This document shows, piece after piece, positions 23,021 to 33,320 of a stretch of DNA of 35,471 nucleotides. Below the pieces are notes generated by a model. That model did not search any database. It was not told the origin of the DNA and worked only from the letters and a program-made list of their open reading frames with translations. Positions within the stretch are counted from its first letter, which is position 1. Every line of letters begins with the position of its first letter. Source of the DNA: Octopus bimaculoides. Its lineage: Eukaryota. The stretch spans positions 3,347,465 through 3,382,935 of the forward strand of contig NC_068997.1 of NCBI RefSeq assembly GCF_001194135.2, given 5' to 3'. Both the position numbers and the translations under genes were made by a program.

Positions 23021-23690
23021 AATCCGTTTAGAGGTTTTTGGAAGAATAACATGTAATAACCAAACGATATGTCCTTTTTACTATTCTGACGATATTTTGC
23101 CCAATAAAATGTCTTGATTACTGGAATTTAATTATTTGGGGCAAAATCGAAACAGCTGTAAGTGAGCATGTTGAATTTTTGCAGTTAATAAATAATATAA
23201 ACGCTACTTGTCTATTTTCTGGATTTTAATTTCAATATTTATAAACCAAAATTTATACATAAACCTATTATTTTAGGAATATTACAATTCACAACAAAAT
23301 AATAGGTAACAAACTAGTACTTCATTGGATATTTTCTGTCACTTAAGGTGATTATTTTAACCTCTATCGTGTATATAGATTGTTTGGTATGTGTATGTAT
23401 TGTTAAATGTATATGTATTTTAGCGTGAAATTTTTTTAAACGGATATAACTTTTAATTTATTAATTTATTATTATTTTTACAACTAACTATTTACCCTGG
23501 GTATCCAGGCCTTTTTTCCTCTTCATAAGCTATTTTTGTTATAAGGTTTCGAACTTTAATTAGCAAATACAATAATTTGCAAGGCGAAGTTCCTCATCAG
23601 CAGATACGCCAAACATTAACATACAAATTAGAGACAAAATAACACGTAACTCATCCTTATATATTATAATTTTTCAAATCCACCGCGCAT
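23021..23690 (-). mobile_element. Possible PLE pseudo-LTR / 5' ORF remnant
   Basis: Decayed hammerhead-like motif at 23538-23607 followed by a stop-riddled reading ...IEIKIQKIDK*RLYYLLTAKIQHAHLQL... loosely like PLE N-termini. Part of it recurs next to a PLE endonuclease at 30036-30213. Confidence 0.3.
23199..23376 (+). repeat. 178-bp direct repeat, copy 1
   Basis: Matches 30036-30213 with one mismatch seen (TCTATT vs TCCATT). Confidence 0.95.
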
Positions 23691-23721
23691 ATATACACAC
23701 ACACATACACTTGTGTGTGTG

Positions 23722-23880
23722 TATGACGGGATTCTTTCGACATCCGTCTGCCAAGTCTACACAGAAAGGCTATAGCTGAAGATATTTCTCCAAGTTGCCG
23801 CGCAGCGGGACTGAACATCTGAACACCACTTCACGTGGTTCGGAAGGTAACTCCTTAAGCATATAGCCACACCTACGCCT
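23722..23880 (-). mobile_element. Family A SINE head
   Basis: TGACGGGATTCTTTC...CCGTCTGCCAA...GGCTATAG...CCAAGTTGCCGCGCAGCGGGACTGAAC...ATAGCCACACCT. Confidence 0.8.
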
Positions 23881-24499
23881 AACAATTCACACATATATCA
23901 CACATGTACTTCTGCAAGATTAAACGAACCTGCAATAGCTCATTCGTCGTCAATTAAGTGCACTCATAGTTACCATAACAACAGATATTCTCATCTGCAG
24001 GCAATCGCATCAGACGAAATGTCGTCGCGGTTTCCATGGGTGCAGAATATCCCCTCTCAGAAAGAAGGAAAAGAAAAGTAAAACAAAATTAGGAGTATTA
24101 TAGCTTTGATCGAACAGAACTTTAATGAGAGCCGTTCCAGTCATGGCAATACCGCCTTTCTGTATTCCGTATTCAAAAACAGTACACATTTTCTCTGATA
24201 GTCTTTTATTCATTTACTTTCTGTCTACCAAATTCCGTACACTATTTGCTGGCAAGGTGTTGTGCGGTGGTATCGAACCGGAAAGCTGTAGTTAACAAAG
24301 TTTATTTATTTTTCTCTCTTTTCTTTTTATCACAAAGTTACTTCTGCGTCTGATTGGTCTGGGGAAGAAATTTTTGTTCATTCTGCAGGACGGCAACTAT
24401 GTAAGCTCCTACAAAGACATATTTACTACGTACTGCTTATATTTGTGTTTAACGGTGTATTATGTATGGATGTGCGTGCATGTGTGTGTAATTATGGTT

Positions 24500-24780
24500 A
24501 GGTAGCGAGTTCGATTCCAAGACTGGGTTGTATGTTGTGTTCTTGAGCAAGATGCTTTATTTCACATTGCTCTAGTTCACTCAGCTGTAGAAATGAGATG
24601 TACCAAGTCGTATCGGCCTTTGCCCTTTCCTTGGATAACAGCGGTAGCATGGAGAGGAGATGCTGGTAGGCTTGGGTGACTTCTGGTCTTCTATAAACAA
24701 CTTTGCCCAAACTTGTGCCTCGGTGAGAAACTTTCTAGTTGCAATACCATGATCATTCCTTACCGAAGGGTGTCTTAAGC
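24500..24780 (+). mobile_element. tRNA-derived SINE with CORE-like central domain (family C)
   Basis: B-box GAGTTCGATTCC, then TTGAGCAAGATGCTTTATTTCACATTGCTCTAGTTCACTCAGCTGTAGAAATGAG, reminiscent of the CORE domain. Homologous head at 31915-32010. Confidence 0.7.
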
Positions 24781-25135
24781 TCTCTCTATAGGACGATTTA
24801 TGTTGCATGACATATAACCAGTATTTAGAATTCCATGTACATTCTTATACATTGAAATAGAAAAATATGTGAAAAGAACTCGTGTTTTATTATCCAAGTT
24901 TCTTTTCCTTGGTCTCCAGAGTTAGAAAGGTCAAAAAGGCTATATTAAAAAGTGAATTAGAGGGTCAGTTCATAATTTGTTTAATTACATAATTTTACAC
25001 GTTTTTCAGTGAAGACAATGGTTGAATCATGTAATGGTGTATGCATCTCTGACAAAGTGAACACCTTGAAAATTCGCGAAGTCTGGATTACATTATTAGG
25101 TCACTACATTCACATGAAAATGTGTTTAAGACGAA

Positions 25136-25290
25136 CAAGGTGCAATCCAGAAGTTTTGAGACTTTTTCAAGAGTGGCATTAATTAATTTCAAAATAAAAC
25201 AAAACTCTTAACTCCTTCATAGAATGATCTTCTGGCTTCAATGCACTTGCTGTAGTACTCCTATCACTTTCTGAAAACTGGCAGGACGAT
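25136..25290 (-). mobile_element. Mariner 3' end fragment with TIR
   Basis: Minus strand encodes an eroded C-terminus YSKCIEARRSFYEGV; TIR-like CAAGGTGCAATCCAGAAGTTTTGAGACT at 25137. Confidence 0.55.
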
Positions 25291-25603
25291 CAGATGTCCA
25301 TTCTGCGTCTGCGAAACTTTTAGAAATACAAATCTATGTCAGATCATTAAAACAAATATTCAACCATAAAAACATACCTTTAGTTCTCTTTCCTGTGTAT
25401 TGCAACTATCTGTATGTGTGTGTGTGCGCGTGTGTGTGCGTGCTTGCGCGCTAGTATATGTATACGAGTGTGCTTGTATGTATGCGTGTGTATACGCACA
25501 CACACACACACATATATATACACATGACAGTTATTATTTCGGTGCAGTTGTGTGTATTAATATGTATATCTGGTGTGTGTGTGCGTGTGCGTGTGTGTGT
25601 GTG

Positions 25604-25657
<54 letters not shown>

Positions 25658-25947
25658 NNNNNNNNNNNNNNNNNNNNNNNNNNNNNNNNNNNNNNNNNNN
25701 NNNNNNNNNNNNNNNNNNNNNNNNNNNNNNNNNNNNNNNNNNNNNNNNNNNNNNNNNNNNNNNNNNNNNNNNNNNNNNNNNNNNNNNNNNNNNNNNNNNN
25801 NNNNNNNNNNNNNNNNNNNNNNNNNNNNNNNNNNNNNNNNNNNNNNNNNNNNNNNNNNNNNNNNNNNNNNNNNNNNNNNNNNNNNNNNNNNNNNNNNNNN
25901 NNNNNNNNNNNNNNNNNNNNNNNNNNNNNNNNNNNNNNNNATATATG

Positions 25948-25989
<42 letters not shown>

Positions 25990-26261
25990 GATAGATACAT
26001 AGATAGATAGATAGACAGATAGGTAAAGGAATAAGACGGAAAAATCAGTAAGGAGTTGAGAGATATATGATGTGTCATCTTGTTCTCCTTTCTGACATCA
26101 ACCCCCACCCACCCTACTTCAAACTTTGGACAAAAACATTTTTCAACTCCATTCATTTTCTTTACCAACAATGACGACTTATACACTCTGGGATTACCTA
26201 TTGTAACTACCACCACTACTATTTCTGTATTGTTCTAATAAACCTATTATTACTATTGTTG

Positions 26262-26275
26262 TTGTTTTACTGCTG

Positions 26276-26330
<55 letters not shown>

Positions 26331-26334
26331 CACC

Positions 26335-26371
<37 letters not shown>

Positions 26372-26386
26372 TTATTATTATTATTG
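26262..26386. repeat. Compound (CTA)n(CCA)n(CTA)n(TTA)n trinucleotide array
   Basis: Directly visible; a similar array lies at 26689-26757. Confidence 0.95.
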
Positions 26387-26687
26387 AGTAAGAGAGCAGC
26401 GCATGCCATCAAAGTGACACGTGGAACAAATATAAGAAGCCCAATGTACCCATCATAACTACCCGTGAGATAAGGGGGTACCAGGAACATGCAAGTGGGG
26501 CCATGTTAGAATTTTCTTCAGGTCGAGTACACGATCCCGCTCAAAAGGTCCCTGAATAACAGCTGTTTAAGGATGAAGAACGAAACACACAGAGGTTTTT
26601 CCAGGGGTGATTTACTCAAACCAAAATAATTCTCAACACATAGATATGATGCTCCGCACTACATCTGCTTTTGATCAGAGATGCATA

Positions 26688-26740
<53 letters not shown>

Positions 26741-26757
26741 TTGTTATTATTATTATT

Positions 26758-27717
26758 CTCGTATACACACAACAGGTTGGACTGTTGGAAAAGAATCCTA
26801 ATAGGCTACAACAAGTAACCTTAGATGCCAAGAACCTTCCTATGCATATTAGATGTTCCTAATAACACTGTATTCTGGAGCTGTACCAAATTGGGTTTTA
26901 TGCCTTCTTCCTGTATTCATCCGTTCAGATTTATAGGGATAGTTCCCAATGTACGTATACCTACTGGGATACATTTTACCCGCACTTTCCATAGTTTCTG
27001 TAATTCTATAGCTAAGTCCTGGAACTTTGCTATTTTTTCTATACTTTTCATATTAATATTTTCACCATTTGAAACTCTAAACTCTATTATCTGGCACTTT
27101 CTATTCTCTATATATACTACTAAATCAAGCTTTCTCGCTTCTAGCTGTCAGTTTGAATGTTGAAGTCCCACAACATCTTATATTTCTTCTCTTCTAGTAC
27201 TTTACTAGGTTCGTGTTCATGCCATTTATCAGTATGCTCAAATCCTAGCTTTCTACATAGCTCCCAATGGATTACTTTCCCTAGATTGTCATGTCTTTTC
27301 TTGTATTCTTTCTGTGCCAGCATGCTACATTTACTTACTATGTGAATAACGCTTCCCTCTTTTGATTTTCATAATCTACATTGGGAATCTATTTAACTTT
27401 TGTTTATCTTGGCTTTTATCCAATTAGCCCTTAATGCTTGATCTTGTGCAGCTACTAACAAACGTTCTGCCTCCCTCTTCAGCTTTCCTTTCTGCAACCA
27501 TAATAATGTCTCATTACTATTATTTGCTACAAATAACTTTGGGGATCTACCATACAACGCCTTCTCCTGATAATTGCTGTTATTTTAAATGGTTTTTAAC
27601 TTCGTTTGGGTTTTTGATTTCCCTGTCTTACTGTGTCTTCAGCAGTTTTTAATAAACTTTCTTCACTGTTATCCACATAGGAGTCTGTATCTACTCTAGG
27701 TAATTACCTGCAGTCTT
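26758..27717 (-). mobile_element. 5'-truncated R4/Dong-clade non-LTR retrotransposon (zinc knuckle, RLE endonuclease, 3' UTR)
   Basis: WLQKGKLKREAERLLVAAQDQAL...CRL*...HIVSKCSMLAQKEYKKRHD...HWELC...KW...LWDFNIQTD, then LEARKLDLVV...KCQIIEF...EKIAKFQDLAIELQKLW...LQNTVLLGTSNMHRKVLGI* (stop 26821-26823). Both ends abut (TAA)n. Confidence 0.92.
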
Positions 27718-28596
27718 ATTATAATAATAATTATTATTATTATTTGCTTTGTTGAAGTGTACCGACATTTCTATGTCAGAACCTGTTATTCAAGTTTGCG
27801 GTTTAAGTTAGAAAGCCTAGTTCCTACGCATGTGGTAGCAAAGGCCACTTGAGGGTTCTCAACCTGGGAGAAATGTGGGAGAAGGTGGAAAATAGCAGGA
27901 GATGCGGTTGTAACAACACAGCAGGTTCCTGATGCAACTGCCAGATTCTGTATAGGAGGAGATCAGCTGTGTCACTTCATCGTTTTGCGGTGAGGAGTTG
28001 GGGGAAGATGGAATGTGAACAGGGTGGGAAAGTATTCTGAAGATTCAGAAAAGAAAGACGAGAAAAGCTAGATGAAAAATAAAATGAAGCTAGTAGAACT
28101 TCACGAACTGGACATTGTTTTCACGGAATGCGGCAACGTTTTGGTAATTTTTAGTGAAAACCCTTAAGTTTTTTGGCAGTAAATGAAGAGGAATCAACTG
28201 GAAGCTGACGAAAAAGGACATAGTTAACCAGTCCTCTACTACTTATGATGAAAGACTGTTGTTAAAGTATATGTCTACAGTCATTTGACAGAAACAGATA
28301 AAGACTCGACAATGTGAGATTTTTCACAGCTCCGATTTAAATGAAAATGCTTAGTGGCAATTACTGACCATCAAGTTTGCTGCAGGCAACCGATGTCACT
28401 GTTTTCTTTGGTCCTGTCTTAATGGACGCCCTTCAACTCTATGCAAATGTGCTGCCTTCATACATTGTATTATCTTATGCTCCCACCTCCTTTTTTGTGA
28501 TGTGTATCTATATGTGTACGTGTGCATGTGTTTGTACGAGTGTTTGTGTGAGCGTGTGTGCATGTGTTTGTATATATCTATGTTTGTGTGCTTCCG

Positions 28597-28930
28597 GTAC
28601 AGCATGGCCGAACGGTTAAGTGATTCGTTTCATAATCACGCGATCCCAAGTTAGGTTCGGTTCTAAAGCATGGCCTCTTTAGGAAGATGTCATTTTGTAT
28701 AGCCTCATGTCAAAACATGTATTATGACAGAAATTAAGTAGAGGGAAACTATTTAGAAGCCCAGTGGACTGTACCTGTAATTCAAAACGTAGAGCTTCAT
28801 CACACACTGTGTCACATTGAGTCTGACAGAGAATTCTGTTAAAGGTAGACATGTCTGGGAAATTACTCAGCCACATAACATACTAGTAAATTCATGAACA
28901 GTTCTGCTGGTCGTACAACTGAATCGTTAA
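28597..28930 (+). mobile_element. tRNA-derived SINE with family-A-like head and a different 3' module
   Basis: A-box-like ATGGCCGAACGGTTAAG, TATAGCCTC...GGAAACT...GAAGCCC head motifs, then GACTGTACCTGTAATTCAAA...CACACTGTGTCAC...CTCAGCCAC tail. Confidence 0.55.
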
Positions 28931-28943
28931 TGTCTATTGATAG

Positions 28944-28955
28944 AAATCTTACACA

Positions 28956-28993
<38 letters not shown>

Positions 28994-29116
28994 CACACAC
29001 ACACACGCACACACACGTATATGTATATATGTATCTATATATGTAGTATCAATGTATGTCTGCATATATGTATATATACATACATACATGCATACATACA
29101 TACATACATACATACA

Positions 29117-29148
<32 letters not shown>

Positions 29149-29160
29149 ACATATATATGT
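28944..29160. repeat. (CA)n/(TACA)n microsatellite
   Basis: Directly visible. Confidence 0.95.
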
Positions 29161-29250
29161 AAAGAATAATGTGTTTTGAATGGCACAACAATGCACTCTA
29201 ATAACAACAATGGACTACAATTACTGTTGTAATTTAATCATCCATAGTCT

Positions 29251-29292
29251 GATATAATATTTCGGAATATAAAAATTCATTCTTCAGATATC
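29251..29292 (-). ncRNA. Minimal type I hammerhead ribozyme motif in a PLE 3' region
   Basis: GAUAU-CUGAAGA-A-UGAAU-UUUUAU-AUUCC-GAAA-UAU-U-AUAUC: perfect 5-bp stem I, AUAU stem III, stem II 4 of 5 bp (closing pair mutated). Lies ~330 nt downstream of a GIY-YIG ORF end on the same strand. Confidence 0.75.
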
Positions 29293-29619
29293 CCTAAGAA
29301 TTGATCGAGTCACTGCTATAATCGGTTTTCCAGCGGTTTTTTTTTTTCGGAAGCGTCTCTACAGTGTTCTCATGAAGCTCCTTCCAGAATTCTTTATGGG
29401 AAGTGCGTAAGGGCACCCATGTCTCAAGTTCGTGTGCGCTGGCACATTCGTAGCGCTGTTTCTATGTTATTCATTATACGTGCAGTTTCTTATTTTTTCT
29501 CCTTTTTTCTTATAAATAATACATGAGCATGTTATCAACCTTCTTTCTTTTTTTATAAATAATACATGAGCATATTATCAAAAATAAACCTACACGCATC
29601 CATATGTAGCTAAATAATA

Positions 29620-30035
29620 TAATGATTACCAATCCCCAGCCTGTTGTTAATTTGGGGCCCTAGTGTGTGTATGAGTATAGCTTCCTTAATTCTTAGATTA
29701 CCGAAATCTCTTTCATTGGCCTCAGTTGTGACTGCTATGCTTTTGTCGGTGTTCCGGCGTCTGTCAGATGTTTTCTGAACGAGGAGGCTCTATGGTTCAG
29801 ATGTGCTTTGATGCGAACGTGGAACGGTCTTGTTGTGCTACCCACATAGAACTTGTTGCATTTGTTACATTGTATTCTACACACAACATTTACCCGTTCG
29901 CATAAATCTGTGTCACGGATGGGACAGTGTGCTAGTGTGCATTGATTTTTGATTTTGTCGACTACATAGTATAGTAGGGTCAGTTGGGCACAGTATGTGT
30001 GAAAAACAGCACCATGACGCAATGCACTCTGCCAA
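29620..30035 (-). mobile_element. Penelope-like element GIY-YIG endonuclease remnant
   Basis: CTLAHCPIRDTDLCERVNVVCRIQCNKCNKFYVGSTTRPFHVRIKAHL...FRKHL, then after a frameshift NERDFGNLRIKEAILIHTLGPQINNR. Confidence 0.88.
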
Positions 30036-30213
30036 AAACGCTACTTGTCCATTTTCTGGATTTTAATTTCAATATTTATAAACCAAAATTTATACATAAA
30101 CCTATTATTTTAGGAATATTACAATTCACAACAAAATAATAGGTAACAAACTAGTACTTCATTGGATATTTTCTGTCACTTAAGGTGATTATTTTAACCT
30201 CTATCGTGTATAT
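30036..30213 (+). repeat. 178-bp direct repeat, copy 2
   Basis: Near-identical to 23199-23376. Confidence 0.95.
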
Positions 30214-30755
30214 GCCTCCATTCATCTTCCCACACGGTCTCAAACTCAACACAGATACCTTCATCAAGTGCTTGGAGGAGTTAGTGCTGTTCTGGGTCAA
30301 GAGGGTGGCTGCTGGAAGACCCTATATCTGACAACAGGACTCTGCACCATGCCACACAAACAGGAGGACCCAGTCATTGCTGTCCGACAATTTCTGTGAC
30401 CACATCTCCCCTAACATCTGGTCACCTAACTTCCCAGACTGCAACCCTTTTCTGTGGGGCGTAGTTCAGCAAGAGACTAAGAAAACTACTTGGAACACCA
30501 AATATGAACTGGAGGCAAGGATTATGGCAGCATTGACCAACTTAAATAAGGAGATCAATCAGAAAAGTTGCAGGAGATTCCGAAGTGGTCTGGAGGCCGT
30601 GGTTGAAGCAAATGGCGGTTTTATTGAATAAATTTACTCTTTAGTATTTCAAAATATTTTATGCAATTTTGGAAAATATATCTTTTTTAAAATGAGATGT
30701 CAGTATTATTTTCATTTTTGCGAAATTTAGACGACAATATGTTCACCGCACCCTG
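30214..30755 (+). mobile_element. DD37D/maT-type transposase 3' half with right TIR
   Basis: PPFIFPHGLKLNT...RVAAGRPYI*QQDSAPCHT...WSPNFPDCNP(LDY missing)FLWG...EAVVEANGGFIE*. Spacing from QQD to the expected third Asp is 37 aa. The end reverse-complements to CAGGGTGCGGTGAAC. Confidence 0.9.
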
Positions 30756-30763
30756 TGTATGTA

Positions 30764-30794
<31 letters not shown>

Positions 30795-30853
30795 GCGTGC
30801 GTACTACTTATACTACCTAATCAGGACTACCAAGTTAAGTTGGCAAATAGATT

Positions 30854-31135
30854 TTATTTTGTAGTACTGTTACTGTTATTAGTATAATTATTGTTATTAT
30901 TACTACTATAATTATTATCAATAACGCGATTAACATCAATGAGACGATTGCAGGGAGAGTTAGGGAAAAGTTGTTTATAGTAATTAATTTGTTTCTTATA
31001 TCCTGCTTTATATAAAGCTGAGTTATAAAAATCAGTGCTACTATTGAAAACGGTTTCGTTGGCAGATAATTTGGGTATTCTAAGCGATATATTTTTAATC
31101 AAATTCTTTGTTATATTTCTCAAAATTTGATAAGC
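30854..31135 (-). mobile_element. Penelope-like element post-RT (thumb) fragment
   Basis: RNITKNLIKNISLRIPKLSANETVFNSSTDFYNSALYKAGYKKQINY matches the PLE motif I.KNIP..IS.RIS.LSSNE..F......YN.AL..SGY. Confidence 0.75.
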
Positions 31136-31165
31136 CTACAAGACTAGGTGAAAGCGCTAATTTAT

Positions 31166-31713
31166 AATCCCAATCGCTGGCGCGTGATGGGTATGTATAT
31201 ATATAACATATAATTATATGCATATATCAATACATATATGTACTTACCCACATCTATATGTATACATACAAGCATATATGGGTACAGGACATCACAAAAA
31301 ACGTTAAACACAATGAGAAACGAAAACAAAAAGGCGAAGACAGAAAACGAACTTTTTTTTCGAACAACGAAGAAAAATAGAGAAACGAGACATGCAACAT
31401 AAAGAATCTTACATTTCTTCAGTTGTCCCTCGCGGAGAAGATGGAACAGGGACAACTGAAGAACGGTAATATTCTTTAAGTTGCATGTCTCGTTTCTCTA
31501 TTTTCTTTTCGTTATTCGAAAAAATAGTTCGTTTTCTGTCTTCGCCTTTTTGTTTTCGTTTCTCATTGTGTTTAACGTTTTTTGTGATGTCCTGTACCCA
31601 TATATGCTTGTATGTATACATATAGATGTGGGTAAGTACATATATGTATTGATATATGCATATAATTATATGTTATATATATACATACCCATCACGCGCC
31701 AGCGATTGAGATT
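31166..31713. repeat. 548-bp near-perfect foldback palindrome (~265-bp arms, 17-nt loop 31431-31447)
   Basis: Left arm AATCCCAATCGCTGGCGCGTGATGGG...CTTCAGTTGTCCCT is the reverse complement of AGGGACAACTGAAG...CCCATCACGCGCCAGCGATTGAGATT. Confidence 0.97.
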
Positions 31714-31914
31714 GACTTGAGAGTATGAATTATACTTTCTCTAACTGCTTAATGTGCCTATGCCGATGTAAACATGCGTAGACACACTCTGGGGCCCCTC
31801 ATTCTTGATACCAGCGGGACATCAAAGATGTGACGGCTGGAGAGAGAGAGAGAGAGGGGGGGAGAGACAGACAGACACAGAAAAACAGGCAAAAGCTGCA
31901 CTAGCACGAGACTG

Positions 31915-32010
31915 ACGCTCCTTTTCAGCTGAGTAAACTGGAGCAACGTGAAACTCTCCCTTACTGAAGGACACAACACACTGCCCAGTCAAGGAATTGA
32001 ACCCTTGACT
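31915..32010 (-). mobile_element. Family C (CORE-like) SINE head fragment
   Basis: TTTCAGCTGAGTAAACTGGAGCAACGTGAAA...AAGGACACAAC...GGAATTGAACC is the reverse complement of the 24500 element type. Confidence 0.7.
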
Positions 32011-32369
32011 CTAGGTTACGCACCTTCACAAATACACATCCACATGTACATATATGCACACACACAAACACAGATATGTGTATATATTGGAATATATGTG
32101 TGTATATATGTGTGTGTGCGCGCGCGTGCGTTTGTGTATTATTTTCAGAAGGAGGGCGTTGCCTGTGAACTTTGCAAGACCTTTATGACAGTGAGCTTAA
32201 TGTCATTAATGCCCTGTTTAAACTGTAGCAGAACAACACGTGCAAGAAAGACATGAGCAGGGAGAAAATACTAACGTGTCTATGTTATGGGAAGAAAAGA
32301 CGGCGCATAGTGGATAGTGCAGGGCCGACGTAGTTGAGCGCTAAATAAATGATAAGAAATAGGAAGACG

Positions 32370-33320
32370 TTTAGTTCTATGGATGCTTGAAGAATGGGGT
32401 CAGGAGATCAGAAAACTCCGAGAAAAGGTAGTGATAGAAAAGGCTGATAAAGGAAGTAATATACCGGCTACAATTAGCTAAATAATAATTGAAAAATCTA
32501 TTAGTGGAGTGGCCCTTTTCTGGATGCGATTCAGGTTGTTTGTATGTGCGTAGTAGCAGCATCATTCTAGATAGAGGAGCACTAATTCATTGTGGACCTT
32601 CCTTGGAGCTTGTAGAGTATTAACAGCCGTTGGATGATGAAATATATTCTAGTCCTGAGGACCACATTCCACTCGTCAGAATATGGTCCTAGCTTTGATA
32701 ATGTTGTGCTTTAACCAGAAGAGATCTTCGGTACTAGTAAAAACCCATACTTGGAACAGCTGTGAGGATTATAGTTGAATGTCAGTTAAGTATATAAAAG
32801 TATGTAGAGAAGTTTCCTTCGTGTAAATAAAACTTAAGTCTTTTACTGTTAAAGTAGACAAGATCGGCACACAACCACTGGAGGAGTCTCTCAACGTCTC
32901 TTTATGAAATCAAAGTAGTGTGATCTCTAACCTGCGTGTGGGTGATGTATGGTTGGGAATATTCAGTTGAGGGAAACAGTGATTTCATCAGCATAACCGA
33001 GGGTGTTGTTGAACGTGGTGGCATTTAGACCATTGGGGTTTTAAACAAAGAAAGTTTGGGGACAAACCAAAACCGTGAAGATCGCTAGGGTTTATTGAAA
33101 GTGAGGAAGGAGGGGCGGTGGTACAATCACATTTTACTGCTTTTCCTGCATCTCTACTCCTTTTGCGCACAGGTATTTTGTTGATATTCCCTGTTCCTAG
33201 ATTGCACACGCATACCCTTCAGAGTGGAAGGTAATATCCGGCTATTGGTCCGTGACAGACTGCTTTGAGGATCAATGTGACTATCATCTGGGAGCTTTCT
33301 ACTAACATGTCCATGCATAG
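32370..33320 (-). mobile_element. Degenerate CR1/L2-group LINE RT domain and C-terminus
   Basis: In shifting frames: ...SINPSDLHGFGLSP (PQGSVLSP), NNTLGYADEITV (YADD), RDVERLLQWLCADLVYFN, EDLFWLKH, LLILYKLQGRSTMN*CS, LNRIQKRA, SLFYHY...SEF. Confidence 0.8.

Noticed and set aside
24010-24213. 67-aa ORF with complex sequence
   Set aside because: No motif recognised, no splice signals, and it abuts SINE fragments.
29510-29582. ~28-bp direct repeat with ~44-bp period
   Set aside because: Simple local tandem duplication; two copies only, not a CRISPR-like array.
31410-31475. CUGAAGA on both arms at the palindrome centre, as a hammerhead
   Set aside because: No GAAA box or stem II closure follows on either strand.
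32980-32995. CTGATGA on the minus strand
   Set aside because: It is the coding sequence of the YAD(E) motif of the LINE RT; no helices.
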